Source: Seison nebaliae (lineage: Eukaryota). Taken from it: a stretch of 64,000 nt of DNA. Position numbers and translations under genes: made by a program. Location: contig JALJEE010003013.1 of assembly GCA_023231475.1 (NCBI GenBank), positions 1-64,000 of the forward strand, given 5' to 3'. Positions 14,462 through 28,843 of the stretch are shown here, piece after piece (the first letter of the stretch is position 1; the number at the start of each line of letters is the position of its first letter). Under the pieces are notes generated by a model. It was not told where the DNA came from, did no database searches, and was given only the letters and a program-made list of their open reading frames with translations.

Positions 14462-16196
14462 ATGTGATTGGACATCATTTTCATTTGACCATTCCCACCA
14501 TTATTATTCTGATAACCGACGAAATTTGGATTTTGTGATGGATTCATCATCATATTCTGATTATTAATTTGAGATTGATGATTTGACATCATTCCACCAT
14601 TATTGCCATTGTTCATCGTCATTTGATGTTGATTGGGATTCATTTGAGATGTATTATTGTAGTTGTTGGAATGGGGAAATGAAGAGAAATTGTTACCGTT
14701 ATTTATTTGATTCTGATGATAATTATAATTTGAAGTGATCGATGTATCGACCGATCGATTTGGTTGCTGTTGATCATTCGGCGTTCCTATTGGTCCCATT
14801 CTACTCGTCGATATCATTCCGTTACTTCCACCATTATTCATGCCATTGTTATTATTATTATTAGTTTGCATGTTAGGATGATATGATGATGATTGTGAAT
14901 TGATTTGCATTATATTCAAATTATTTTGCATATTTATATTATTATTCATATTATTTCCTGATGATGAACTATTCTTTCCCATCTGATTCATCGGATTCAT
15001 ATTATGACTATTCATTCCAACTCCACCACTACCACCACCACCACCACCACCAACACTACATGTCACACTATTATTATTATTACTGTTGACGGATGGAATG
15101 TTTGTATTCATATTATTATGGATATTATTGTTGTTGTTGTTGTTCTTGGTAGTTAGACCAATATTATTATTAAAAGTATGATCAAAATTCTTTTGTGGAT
15201 CACTATTTACGGCCGTATAAGTTTCGGGACGATTATTAAATATTTGGACCGATTGAGCTTTCGTGTCCATATCGAGTTTCTTCTCGGTCGGTGCCGAATT
15301 GATACATTCGGCCGCCACACTATTCGGATTGCCATCAATATGCATTCCATTCATTTCCACGTTGGGGAAATGCTGTTTCCTTCCCCCATGCAACGACGAC
15401 GTCGATGTGTGACTTGTGATCTTTTGACGTGATGGAACATTATTTTGAATACCAGCAACGGATGATGGACCGTTCATGATTATTTCACATAATGGTGATT
15501 TACTATCAGGCGAATTAGCCAAATTCCTGATATAAGGACTGGAAATATTTTGATTCGCTTCAAAATATGATATTCCATTCCCATCATTTGACATCTTCTG
15601 TACCATATTCACTCCCATCGGCGTATTACATTGATTCGGATTATCATCCGGAAAATTATTTGTATTGAATTTATTTATCGATAAATTATTATTATTATTA
15701 TTATTATTGTTAATGTTGTTGCTGTCTATGGAAATATTATTATTATTATTATTAGAATTATTATTATTATTATTTCCATTTTCTCCCATTCCATTTCCAT
15801 TCATAAATGACGGATGAGATGGTGGATGAGCGGAATATGGTGAATGGATATTAATTAAACCGGCATGAATTGGCTGTCCATTCGTATTGCCATACATCGA
15901 CACATTCTTCTTGAGACTACTCACATCATTCTTCAAACGACCGTTATTGACGAACGTATTGTGCTGATTCGTATTATTAACGGATTGAACATTATTCAAC
16001 GTATTATTCGGCGGTTGTTGCGATTGTGGTTGATGTGAAATATTCAATTGACTCATTGGTCTCGAATTAATCGTATTCTGATTGGGATTCTGATTCGAAT
16101 GGGAAATCATATTATTACCATTATTATTAATCGTATTATTGGAAATATTTCCATTAATTCCCTTATGATTTCCATTTAGATTATTATTATTCATCA

Positions 16197-16231
<35 letters not shown>

Positions 16232-16678
16232 GGATAATTATTAAAACCATTTCCCATATTATTCGAATTAATTAAATTCGTATTATTTCCATTCTTATTG
16301 TTGTTGTTGTTGTTGATTGTCATCATTGATGAACCGTTTGATTGGTAGAATGATGGATTATGACTGAACGAAGTCGGTGACATATGGCGAGAGAGAGTTG
16401 TAGGCATATGATTGAAATGTGGTTGAACGACTGGCGAATTGACATTGTTCGCCTGTATTGAATTATGATGAGTGAGAGTGTGAGGTGAGTTGTTAGATGA
16501 GTTGCCTCGATTGACAAGATGACCGTCATTCTTTCCATCTCCAGTCATCAATGATTTATGATTTGACATATTCCCGTTAATCATCGTTCCACTTCCCATC
16601 ATCACATTCGAATTACTCATTTTTGGTGCATTCATCGACGATCCAACTGATGGAACCATATTCTGATTTGGATTCTGA

Positions 16679-16722
<44 letters not shown>

Positions 16723-19700
16723 TCCCATTTGATTATTATTATTGGCATTATTCATATTTGGATTATTTATATTCTGATTTTGATTCTGATTGTTGTTGTT
16801 ATTATTCATTGGCATCATTCCAACATTATTTTGATTCATAATCAAATTATTATTATTGTTGTTATTATCTTGAATGACATTTGATGGATTCATCATATTC
16901 ATTTGTATAACACCAGCAGCACTAACACTACTACCACCACCACCACCACCACAATTTCCATTCATCGTCGACATTTTCTTATTTTGAGGATGATTCCTCA
17001 TGGCACTATTACCAGCTTCCATGAATTCCATACGACAATTAGACATGACTCCATTCCCTCTCAACTCTCTCTCGATTTGTTTCGCCAAAACATTAATATG
17101 AGTCAATGGAACATTATGTTTCTTGTGGTCCTCCCAAAAGAATGTCAGACAATCCGTTACGGATGACGCCGATGTCAGACAATGATTCAATACACATTGT
17201 GAAACGACGGATAACATATCGTTCCGTTGTAAGTATAAATACACTTCCTTATTCTACGAGAAACGGTAACACATAAAAATCATTGAAAATTACAAATTAA
17301 CCTTGATTTCCGTAAATCCATAAATGAATTGTCTTTCACCTTCATCCAGACAACTCGGTGCCATCAGAAAGAATCCATATTTCTAGAAGATTTCATAGAC
17401 TATAAGAGAGATATTAAAATCGAATTAAAAACCTGCATCGTCACCATCTGATTTAATGTATGTGATTGAACGTCATTCCGTTTCACACAAATCGGAATTC
17501 GAATCGTGTTCGTTGGTTTAATGATGTCTGGAAAGAAGGCTTCGATATCGTTGAGAATGAAGATGAAAGTACGAAGTAATGGATCCAATTTTGGCCACTC
17601 CGTATTATTCAACGAGATCATATCGGCCGTCTTAATAATCACCAAATTCTCTGTATCTTTCATGACCATCTGTCCGGAATGATGAACATGTTCCTCCGCT
17701 AATCAAATTCATAGGAAAAATGTGAATTAGTATTTTATTGTAAATACAATCTTTTTTGACAAACTAATTTTTTTTGGAAATTAATCAAATTAACTTGAAC
17801 ACAAAACAAAACAAAAAAGTTTTTTGATCTTAAAGCAGAATTTTGGTTGTTAGTCGGAGCGAATTTCAGCACAATTAAAATTTACGTGCTGTCACTTTTT
17901 TTTGTTAGTCGGACCAATTAGTGTCACTTTAAGATATAATTAAATGGATTAACAGCAATTCACGGGAAACATCGTCCGTCACAAACTTTTTTTTTCTCCG
18001 TCTTAATACCATGATCAGACGACGAGAAATTATCGTCATCATCAAAAAAATGGCAGAAGGACGGAATCACTTCAATCATATAATCTTCTCGACAAACGAG
18101 TGAAAATGATCGTTACATTTCGTTTAATCAATCGATATGATCGAATCAGTCAACGAGGGAGATGAATGTGAAAAAGAAGAGAAGTGGGAAGAAGAGCTCG
18201 ATGCCAACACCATCATAATTATAAGCGATGAAAATTAATAGAAAGAGAAAATTCAAACGAGTTAAATTGAGTGGTTTATCTTCCTTCATCAATTCAATCA
18301 TCAATGGATTAATTGATGTATTTGGTTGATAATTATTTATCATACTTATAGTACTCTCGGCTGGACTCGTATAAATATTCTTTGCATCATTCTCTCCAAT
18401 TACTCTATTATTATTATTATTGTTATTGTTATTATTATTATTATTCAAATACATTCCATTTGTACCTAGTTGTTGTTGTTGTTGATTATTATACATTCCT
18501 TGATGTTGATTCATATGAATCTTGTTATTATTGTTGTTGTTGTTATTTCGATTATTTCCCATTTGCATTTGACCTGCATTAAATTTCGTATCTTTTTTCA
18601 TTTCTTCTTCGATCTGAAATCGATTAATGATGATTGTCAAGATGATGATGAAATTAAATGGACTAAACGAAAGTTTTATGATGTTGTTTGAAGAAATTCT
18701 CATCTGGACACCAGAAACCAGATAATGATGATAAGCATATTGTTTTGAGAAGAATTTTCCCATTTTTTTTTGATGGAAAATAATTGAACATAATTTCAAC
18801 GGAAAAACAAACGAAAAAAAAAGAAATTTGGAAAAAAAAAAAGAAATATATTTAAAATTAGAAGATGTTTCAAATAAAAAAGATTCACCAGAAAAACTGA
18901 CTTCCCGAAGGAACACGCATTTATTTTTTCCCTTGTAAACATCCGGTTTGTTTTGCGGTTTTAACACTAAATCTGTCCAAGTATTCCGTTGAATGCCAAT
19001 AACGTATCGGTTGATGAAGAGATTGGGATGCTGAAAATTTTATTATTTTTTTTCGATCATTTGAATTTCGAAATTAAATGAACTTTGTCTTCCAATTGTT
19101 CACAGGCTTTCGATTCCTGCTGTACGAAATGAGTGTTGATCGAGTCTAATCCATCTTCATAAGCACTCAAATAATATTTGTTTGGTGATGTCCTACAACA
19201 ATGAAAATTGATGGAATGGAAATGGAAATAAAATTAACCGATCAACAGAATGACTGGTAGCTAAATTGACGATTTGATCGTAGTGTTCTAAAATGCTCGA
19301 TTTCATCGCTCGGAAATTATATGAAGGGAAATCAAATCGATTTCGTGACAAGAAATCCGAATAATATGGTTTGCGTTTGTGGCCGGCGGTGATGTTTATT
19401 CCTGATTCATTCATTGAGGGTGGAGTTGAAGATCCGATGCGAATACGATAATCGTCGACATTTAATGTGGAGTTCTTGATCGCTGCTTGATTCAATCGAA
19501 TGAACCGTTTCAATGAGGAGAAGATGTTCTTCGTATTGGACGATATACAGATACATGCAGAAGAATATTCTTCTTCCGTCTCTTCCATCATATTTATATC
19601 GGAATTAAAATTCTCAGAATTCTCTTTCGTCAAATCGAAATCATCAGGAAAATCGATATTATCGAAATCGTCATCAAATGGTTGATTGAGTATGGAGAGA

Positions 19701-20657
19701 CTGAGAGAGGATGATGTTCGCTCACTGGTGAATGTGGGTGGTGATGTAATTGATGTGGTGATTGGATTCCAATTGAATGGTGATGGAAGAATGGGATCTT
19801 TCTGTCCATCTAATTTTTGTAAATGTGTTGGTGACGGTGTATCGATGGGAAGGAATTCGTCTAATAAATCATCTTTCAATAGAATGTCATCGTAGAAATT
19901 GGGCGTCTCTCGATCCAACAATTTCACACGACGGACACTTACGACGAGAGCCATAATGAATGTGTTGGCTTCTTCGGTGGGTTTTGTAGCGGAGAGGAGT
20001 GATTCAGATGAAACGAGACTCCTTCTCGCTTTCAACATCTGCGGCGACAATTTGTTATTATTGCGGAATTTCTCTTCGATGCACAAGAGTGCCGGCTCCA
20101 AAAACGACGTGATTAAACAATCCAATTCATCAATGAGATGTGGTGTCAAATGTACGTGCACCATCGCCACATATGGACTTGCCGTTTTTGTTTTGGTAGT
20201 AGCATTACTGAAATGATTATTGGACGAATTATTCGTATTATTCAATAAATTACTACTACTATTACTATTATTCATATTATTCATATTCTTATTCATAAAA
20301 TTCTGATTATTATTCTGATTATTATTATACGAATTCACATTGTTGTTATTGTTGTTGTTGTTGTAATTGTGTGAATTGGGATTGATTGCACCAAGACAAT
20401 TGATGGATTGATTTGAATGAATTTGATTATTATTCATTCTCATATTATTGTTATTGTTATTGTTTGATATCGGATTCATCGTGTTCGACATCAGAACAAT
20501 ATCATCCTAAAATGATAAAAAAAATGAATTTTTATGAGTTTAAGTGAAATTATAGATGGAATTGATGAGATTAAATGAAGAAAAGAAAAAAAGATGTTCA
20601 CAAGAAGAAAAGAAGAAGAAGAACAGTACAAACTTCACCATTATTCACATACATCAT
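13825..20657 (-). CDS. Very large multi-exon Asn/Gln/Met-rich low-complexity protein with interspersed folded segments; family not identified
   Basis: ORFs 19193-20491, 18146-18967, 17400-17669 and 13825-17244 can be joined in frame by 8 GT-AG introns starting from MMYVNNGE (ATG 20657); many (AAT/AAC)n poly-N and (CAA)n poly-Q tracts. Confidence 0.75.
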
Positions 20658-21694
20658 TCAATTCCGATTGCACATGTATGATCTTCGTTGACTTATACGC
20701 GCATTTGAACGAATGGATTATAATTGGAGTAATGTCAATAATACATACAGATAATTCAGGACAAAAAAATAAGCAACTTGCAAAATATAGATAAGATATT
20801 AATCAACCACCATTCACACTCCAATCCACCTTCACTTAGACATCTTCTCCTTTTTCAAATCGTCGGCTTAATTTCGATCACTTTCTAACGGGAGATTTGA
20901 TGTAAACTCTCGTAAAGGTTAACTGTTACTTCCACTTACCTTCCCCCAACAAATGCTAATGAAGCTTAATATTTAAATTTTCCATTTTTTTCAAATAAAC
21001 TTCCCCTCATCATTCTCTTTATTTCCAATTCCAATAATATCGGACATGTTCAACGTTTAGCTCCAAATATATTCTCGTCATATTTATTCTTCTCAACACC
21101 TCTCTAATTATCTGCAACATAACTTGGTCATGCTTTCAAATGAAATTACAAGTCCACAATGGAGATATATCAGTCAAAGTTGAGAACAGACAAATTCCAA
21201 AAAAGTTCTTCCAATTCTTTCAAATATCATCTCATGATTTTAACCATAGAATAAAGAAGGAATTTCAAGTTGCTACCTAATTCGTAGTTAACTTTCTATT
21301 ATTTCCGAATTTATATTTCATTCTTACAAGATGTTCACGATGAAGTATATTAATATTCCATTCCACCGAAATTATTAAAAATGAAATGAAATTAATTATT
21401 TTAATTGGTAGAGAGACTTGTGGAAGTTGAAAATTGGAGAGACAGAATAAAAAATTATTTATTTTTATTTCAAATTATATTTCCTACAGTCTCTCTCTCA
21501 ACAAAGCGGCTGAGGGAGAAGTTGTTTAAATTCATCCGAAAATATCTTATATATAGAAGAGACCATATGTTCCGTCTTATTTACCTACGATCGTTATCAT
21601 ATTTTATGTATGACATTAATTCTTTTAAATTAATTTTACTGTTAAAAAAAATCAATCGAAAATGAAGATCCGGAAATTTTATCATAAATCTTTT

Positions 21695-21711
21695 GTCATG
21701 TGATCACGTGA
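21695..21711. promoter_or_regulatory. Abutting M-box/E-box pair (bHLH-ZIP sites) between divergent genes
   Basis: GTCATGTGA immediately followed by TCACGTGA, in the intergenic region between the N-rich gene and Rac. Confidence 0.3.
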
Positions 21712-22365
21712 TGTGGCAATTCTACTATTGTGATGTTCAAATAAATAACTGAATGACTTAAAGAGAGATTGCATGGAGAAGCACTTCATTTCAATGACGA
21801 GAGATCATTTGATGAACGTTCGATAAAGAATATACGTGAAACTTTACTTATCACAATGATATTTGTTAGTTTTTAAGAACGATTCGGTTAATTTCGATAA
21901 AATATTGATAACATATCATTCTCCTATCGTCCATTAGCGTTAAATGATAAGAGTGGAAAGTAAATTGAGGAAGGATGATGGAAACGAGTGAGGGATATGA
22001 TCAAATGTAAGCTGAATCATCTAAATGAAAGAAAATATAATTCTTTCCAAATCATTTCTCTTTTATTGAAGACGATTACAAATAAATAAAAACGGTTCCT
22101 CTACCATACCCAATATGGATGGTTTGATTCGCGATAAATTTTCCAATCGACCATTTTATCTCTCAGCTCATCATGATATGTCTCCGTACATGTGTGGAAG
22201 TATGATGAAAATAATAAAAACGAGAGGACCTGATGGAGATTTGTGATGATGGAAATGATTGAATTTCACTTTCTATTGGTCATTATTATTATTGGACGTA
22301 GTTCTTCGTTTCATTTTTTCGTTCTAGACAACGACACAGACACAATAAAGGAGAGTCTATAAATT

Positions 22366-22422
22366 TGTGTGTATGTGAGTGTGTATGTGTGTATTTGTGT
22401 GTGTGTGTGTGTGTGTGTGTGT
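22366..22422. repeat. (GT)n microsatellite
   Basis: Imperfect then perfect TG dinucleotide run. Confidence 0.9.
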
Positions 22423-23188
22423 GAAGGAAAGTATATGTAGTTCATTTATATGGTATGGGTAATTAATTTTTGTGGAAAAGAAGTAGAAGTACGAACCTCT
22501 ACCTTTTTCCTTTCCACACTACACGACTAAAATGTTGACAAAAATTGTTTCTATAAAAGATGAATAAATACAGGAATGAACAACATCCATTTACGTGTAA
22601 TGGTGGATTGATGTGAATGACTTAATAGAATTGAATTGGTCAAACATTTTAAATGTTACATTTAATTATCTTTTACCTGTTACTCATCACTTTCACCATC
22701 ATTCAACACGTATCTTCTTCTCATCCGACAATCATTTCCATCCAAACGTATTTCATATTATCGATTGATTAAACTTAAATAAAGAAAAAAAAACTTAAAG
22801 CTCACTTAACTCTTGATCTGATTTAAACTCTATCATTAAATTTGGAATAAGTAAATTTTTCTTCCATTAATTGATGTTCAATGAATTTTCTTTTCTCGAC
22901 TTTCGCTAAAAAAAATTGATGATTCCAATCAATTTCTTTTTTTCTACAATAAAATTCCTTAAACATTTCTTTTTCTACTCTAAAAAAAAAGAAAGATATT
23001 GCTTGGAAATCGTCTCTCGTTCATACATTAATTGAGAGAGAGATCGGGAGGATAGAGAGAAAGTTGATGGTCGAACGGAATAAATTGAATTGAAATCATA
23101 TTAAATATTCATCACCATTCAATCCAATTGCTCATTGTGTGACGACCAGACGATTTGGGAGTACAAGAACAACTCAAATTTTTGAGAC

Positions 23189-23770
23189 ATGGCAATGCGC
23201 TGTGTGAAATGTGTCGTGGTTGGAGATGGAGCAGTTGGTAAAACTTGTATGTTAATTTCATATACAACAAGTACATTCCCAGGAGAGTATCTCCCCACTG
23301 TATTTGACAACTATGCGGTGAATAAGGTTGTCGATTCGCAACCGGTGAATATTGCTCTTTGGGATACGGCGGGACAAGAGGATTATGATCGTCTGCGTCC
23401 ACTCTCTTATCCTCAAACTGATGTTTTCCTCATATGTTTCAGTTTGGTCTGTCCCAATTCTTACGAACATGTGAGAGCGAAATGGAATCCGGAAGTGGAT
23501 CATTATCTTCCTCGTACTCCGAAAATTTTAATTGGCACAAAACTCGATTTGAGGAATGATCGTGATACGATCGAGAAGTTGCGAGAGAAAGGCTTAGCGC
23601 CAATCTCGTATGTACAAGGTCTAGGAATGATGAAGGAGGTGAGAGCGGAGAAATATATCGAATGTTCCGCTCTCACTCAACAGAATTTGGACCAGGTGTT
23701 CGAAGAAGCCATTCGTGCCGTCATCCAACCAGCCCGTCCACGTAAAAAACCTGTCTGTGAAATTTTATGA
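23189..23770 (+). CDS. RAC1: Rac-family Rho GTPase, intronless CDS
   Basis: GDGAVGKT P-loop, YLPTVFDNY effector loop, [32 protein letters not shown], polybasic tail plus CAAX (RKKPVCEIL). Exact Rac paralogue is uncertain. Confidence 0.93.
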   Translation: MAMRCVKCVVVGDGAVGKTCMLISYTTSTFPGEYLPTVFDNYAVNKVVDSQPVNIALWDTAGQEDYDRLRPLSYPQTDVFLICFSLVCPNSYEHVRAKWNPEVDHYLPRTPKILIGTKLDLRNDRDTIEKLREKGLAPISYVQGLGMMKEVRAEKYIECSALTQQNLDQVFEEAIRAVIQPARPRKKPVCEIL

Positions 23771-24608
23771 AAATTCTATTCCAAACGACAAATCCTCACG
23801 ACAACTGTTAGACGTGACTGATCGAGAGAACGATGAGAATTATCTGATTATTACATATTAATTTTCATTTCATCAACATTTTTCATCTAATTTTCATCAA
23901 CTTTCCAAATAAGAAAACGCTCACATCACCGTCAATCATGGAGAAATGCGTCATGAATTAATTAATTTCTATTCTTCTCTTTCTTCATTCGATCAACACT
24001 TTCTTATTACAAATAAATAAATTCATCAAATTGGTCCATCCAACTCACACGATTCCGATTCCAATTTTTCCTCTCCTTAATTTCACTCACAGAACTCGAC
24101 AACTTTCAATGTCCAACATATCTTCAACATTTTTTTTATCTATTATTATAATGAATAATAAATTCTTAATAAAAGTTTACCAATCAATTTATTAAATTTT
24201 AACAATTTTTCATGTTCAATTTTCTCATTCAATTTATCCTTTAATTTATCATCTATCTTTAATATTTCTGATGGAAGTGTTAAAAGATTGAGAGAATTAA
24301 TGAAATTATTTGTCTTTGGTGAGATATATGGCTTCGAAGTTGAGTATGGATAAGGAGGAGGTGTAAGAGGAAAAATTAAATTTTTGAAATTTATTTAATC
24401 TTTTTACTAGAAAAGATGGATTGAGTAAAATATATTCAATTTGAACATAGTTTATTGTATAGTATTTACCCAAAAATACTTTCTTCACTTCATTATTAAT
24501 AGTAGAAGGGAATGAAGGATTAAACTGTTTTTCTCATTTTTCTTTTTGTGTCAGAGAAAGAGTGAGAGATATTTATTGATTGAATTATATGTGCGTTGGA
24601 GAAGGAGA

Positions 24609-27600
24609 ATGTCTGATTATTTCGATGGACAATTCCGAAGGAAGAATTTCCAATCGTTGGGTGGTAGTTCGAATGTGAATAATCGAAGTGATTTATTGAG
24701 GAATATTCAATTGCAACGAACGAAGAGAGTTGATGATCAAATTCAGAGGAGTAATATTCTTATTATACAGTCGAATATTCGACGATATCTCGTACAGAAA
24801 CATTTACGACAATTGTCAAATGGAAAGGCGCAAGAATTATTGAGGAAGTTCGACGAAGGAAATGGGTCGGTAGAGGAGTTTTTGGAATTCAATAAATATT
24901 TCTTCTTGACTGATGAATGGATTCTCGTGGAAATTGTAAAGATTTTCATTTCGAATTTTCCACAAATTCAAACTCTTCTTCATCACCACCATCGATATTG
25001 GCGATCGTTATCGTCTTTCCTTTTCAAACTTCTTCATTCCAATTTCCATCTCATCAATTATCAATATCAATTGAAATTATTTACAAAATTAACATCGAAA
25101 AAATTCGTGAAGGATTTCGAAGGAAACGACGAAATTTTTCCATTTTATTCATATCTCATCGTCAACGGTTATGTGGATCGTTGTCAGATGATCTTGGGTG
25201 AGATGTATAAGAATTTTCATGAGGGTCACAATCAGAAAAAATCGGATGAACGGTTTCGTATTGACCTCAGTGTCGAATGGACAAATATCATCACCAAATC
25301 CGCCAATTCTCTATTGAAATCGAGAGAAGTCGTTTATCATTCCTCTCATCATCTCGTGTCTTATATGAATCAGTTGATCGAGAACGATCTCTTCCAAATG
25401 TTACTCATACCGATATTAACCATATGGACGAAAAAAGAGTCGAGTTTAATACGAAACATTTTATTTTCCATTTTCAGACAATTTCTTTCGTCCATTCTCG
25501 TTCATGTCAACACTTTCATCATTCTACCCAACTTCTTCCTCCTTCTTTACAACAACAACAACAACAGTGAGTTGTTATTGTTAATTTTCGATTGTTATTT
25601 AGAATTCGTCGAAGAGTTCACAGACAAATTGAAATTGAATGAGAATGATGAAAATGAAAATCATATTTGCAGTTTCGTTAACGAAGAACATTTCCGTCAA
25701 TTCGTTCACATGATCAATACTCTCATCGAATGGTACGGACAATTGGAAATGTTGTCAATTCCAATCGATTCGAAGAGTTATGGAAGAATTTTGGAGAGTC
25801 TTCGAATCTTTTATGAATCGATTACTTGGACGAATAGTTTAAGAGAATTTCTCCTCAAAATTGACCATGAGAATTTTATGAATAACAATCGAATGAAGTT
25901 GAAGGAGATGTTGGACGAGAGTTATGGAATGAACGAGAAGAATATGAAGAAGTTCCCGCCTGACATCCTCCTCACATTAACCCAATTGGATGTTGATGAT
26001 TTATTCTCCGAATTATTCGACGACGACGAAATGTATGATACAATTGAACACGACGAACAAATGAAACAATTTAAACGAACATATCTATATCGAAGGAAGG
26101 AGAGTGTGGTTGAATTGAATGTTAAATCATTTGATTATGCTCAATTGAATCACTTCGAATTATCAGAGAGACATATCGTCAACGTCATGAACATTATCGA
26201 GTGTACACAATTCGAAATGAAATTCTATCAACTCATCAAATCACCACAACATCACGAACAAATGGAATCGAATGAGACGATGATTAATCTTTTGAAACTT
26301 CAATATTATCTGGTGAATAAAATGAACAGAAGTTCATTGAAACATTGTTGGATCGTTTATTTGATTGAAGATGGAATTTTCAATAAACTCATAAAAATTC
26401 TGCCGTCAAATCATCTACTGGAATTGAACGAAGTTTCCCAACAATCCAATATTATGACTTTGACTGAACAACGAAATCTCATTCCCATTATCACCATGTT
26501 CACACATCTTCTCCTCTATCATTTGTTGAGTGTGGACGATATTGAAATGCACAAACGATTCAGTTATGACGAGAAAGATATTCTCTATGAGAGCTCATTG
26601 AAATCGTTAGGGAAACGATTAATGTTCGTCTGTCTTTACGTTCTCAATCGAATGGTGGACGAAGATAAGATTAAAGTACTCAAACACATCGAAACGAGTC
26701 GGTCGACGGATGTGTCGATGGCTGATATGGTCACCGTTTCCGACGATACTGAAAGAAGACGCCGATTTCGTGAAGCTCTCGGAATAACGAAAGAAACGAA
26801 AACTAATGCTTTCCTCTTCATCGAAGTGAATTATATTCGACATCTCTTCTTCATCTGTACACGATTCCTCCGATCGTTACATGATCGTGATGAACGTCTT
26901 CAATTATTCCCCGAAGATTTCTGGCAAATTGGCGATCATCAATTCTCTGGGAAAAGTTTCCTCTTCACCAATTTAGATGATTTGCCGTACGTGAAACATG
27001 TTCTCGCTCCTCGACGAAATACCACACGCAACGATAATTGGTATGTCCTATTGGAAGCGTTCACTAATCCAAGTTATTTTCATTTCCATCATTTCCATCA
27101 TATTTATTTCTCTTCAGATATTATTATGCAATCGAATCAACTAAATTCAATTGAAAGAAAACAAATCACTTTCCTCCTCAATATTCCTTTCTTTATCAAT
27201 TTCGACCATCGTCTCAAAATCCTTTATACTTTCATCAATCGTATCGATAGAGATCATGGAGAACGAAGACATCTCGATCTCATTCTTCATCGTAACGACA
27301 TTTATCATGACGCATTCAGACAAATTCCAGCTACCACCGAATCCTTCCATCCAAACAACATCTCCGTCCGCTTCATCGAAGAACGCACCGACAAATACGA
27401 ATTGGGAATTGATGGGGGTGGTTTACGACGAGAATTCCTTCACGAATTACTCGTTTATGCATTTGATCCTTCCAACCAATTCTTCAAATTAAGCAATACG
27501 GGATATATTTATCCTAATCCGGCTGGCAACCAATTACAAATGAGACAACATTTCTATTTCATTGGGAAGATGTTGGGTGTCGTTAGTTCCATTTCCATCC

Positions 27601-28541
27601 TTATTTCCATTTCCATTTCCATCTAACAGGCTATTTATACCGGTGTACATATTGATATAAATTTCTCCCAATTCTTCCTCAATCAAATCCTTCACGAATC
27701 AGAGAAAGTTGATATTCATCATTTGAATATATTGGATCCGATTCTTTATAAGTTCCATACAATTATTATAATTCATTTACTCATCATATAATTCATAATC
27801 AAATATTATAGGAATCTTCTCTCGTTAATGTATTATGAGACGAATGTGGAAGAATTGAATTTGGACTTCACTTATATGTCCGTCTTGGACAACGTATCGA
27901 AAGTTTGATTTACAAATAATCTTTCCTCAAATTATCAATTCTAATAGACGATTGAACTAATCGAAAATGGAAGAAATGTTCCTGTGACTAAAGAGAATCG
28001 ATACGAATATATCCTCAAATTAGCCGATTACAAATTGAACAAAGAAGTGCATTCATTCATACATCATTCGTTACTTTCATACTTTTAGTTCTCGACGAAT
28101 ATCGATGCATTCCGAAGTGGATTGGGCGATCAAATCGACTTGACCATACTCGAAATGTTCAGTGCACAAGAACTGCACCAAGTGATTTGCGGAACGTCGA
28201 AGCCGATTGATGTGGACGATTTCCGTGCTAATGTTACTTATGGGAATGATTATTCTGCCGAACATCCTGCCATTATCAATTTTTGGTCTGTCGTACAAGA
28301 AATGAATACGGAGCAACGCGGTCGTCTACTCAAATTCATCACGAGCTGTTCCAAACCTCCATATTTTGGATTTAGCAAAATTCTTCCCAATATATCCATC
28401 ACACCTACGGATAGTGGTCGATTGCCTACGTCGAGTACATGTATGAATATTCTTTATTTGCCACAAATCGAGAATCGAGAAGAAATGAAGCGAAGATTAA
28501 TGATGATAATTGAACACGATGTTGGTTTTGCACTTAGTTGA
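24609..28541 (+). CDS. UBE3C: HECT E3 ubiquitin ligase, UBE3C-like, 6 exons
   Basis: N-terminal FDGQFRRKNFQSLGG, IQ motif (IIQSNIRRYLVQK), GIDGGGLRREF, LLKFITSCSKPPYFGF, catalytic RLPTSSTCMNIL; introns near 27073, 27582, 27752, 27903, 28047. Confidence 0.9.
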
Positions 28542-28829
28542 AGTGGAATAAAAAACGAATGGCCCCGACGAAATCGAGTCACATAATTAAACGGATCGAA
28601 TCGAGTAATAATTTGAAAATAAATTTTATTAAGTCACATCGTTATTGATGGTTTATGAGAGGTGAATTATCTGTTCATTAATCCGATTGTGAATGGAGAT
28701 GAAGAGAAGAGATGTAAATGAATAATTAAATAATGATAGGAATCATCTGTGAAGAAATGAGGAAATATTCCCAGTCGATCTCTAATTTCGAACGAGAATT
28801 CCATTTCTATGGGAATTTAATGTACCTCC

Positions 28830-28843
28830 GTTGTCACGACAAC
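28830..28843. promoter_or_regulatory. RFX X-box-like palindrome
   Basis: GTTGTCACGACAAC, one base different from the 5404 X-box and followed by the same GAATG. Confidence 0.4.

Noticed and set aside
14073..17166. Plus-strand ORFs with poly-Tyr/Val/Cys/Thr
   Set aside because: Antisense shadows of the (AAT/CAA)n codon tracts of the N-rich gene
18690..18770. Minus-strand frame reading GFWCPDE, resembling MED14 GQWKPDE
   Set aside because: No AG acceptor lies upstream of it. The frame-consistent model places most of it inside an intron (~18897-18705), so the MED14 assignment is unsupported
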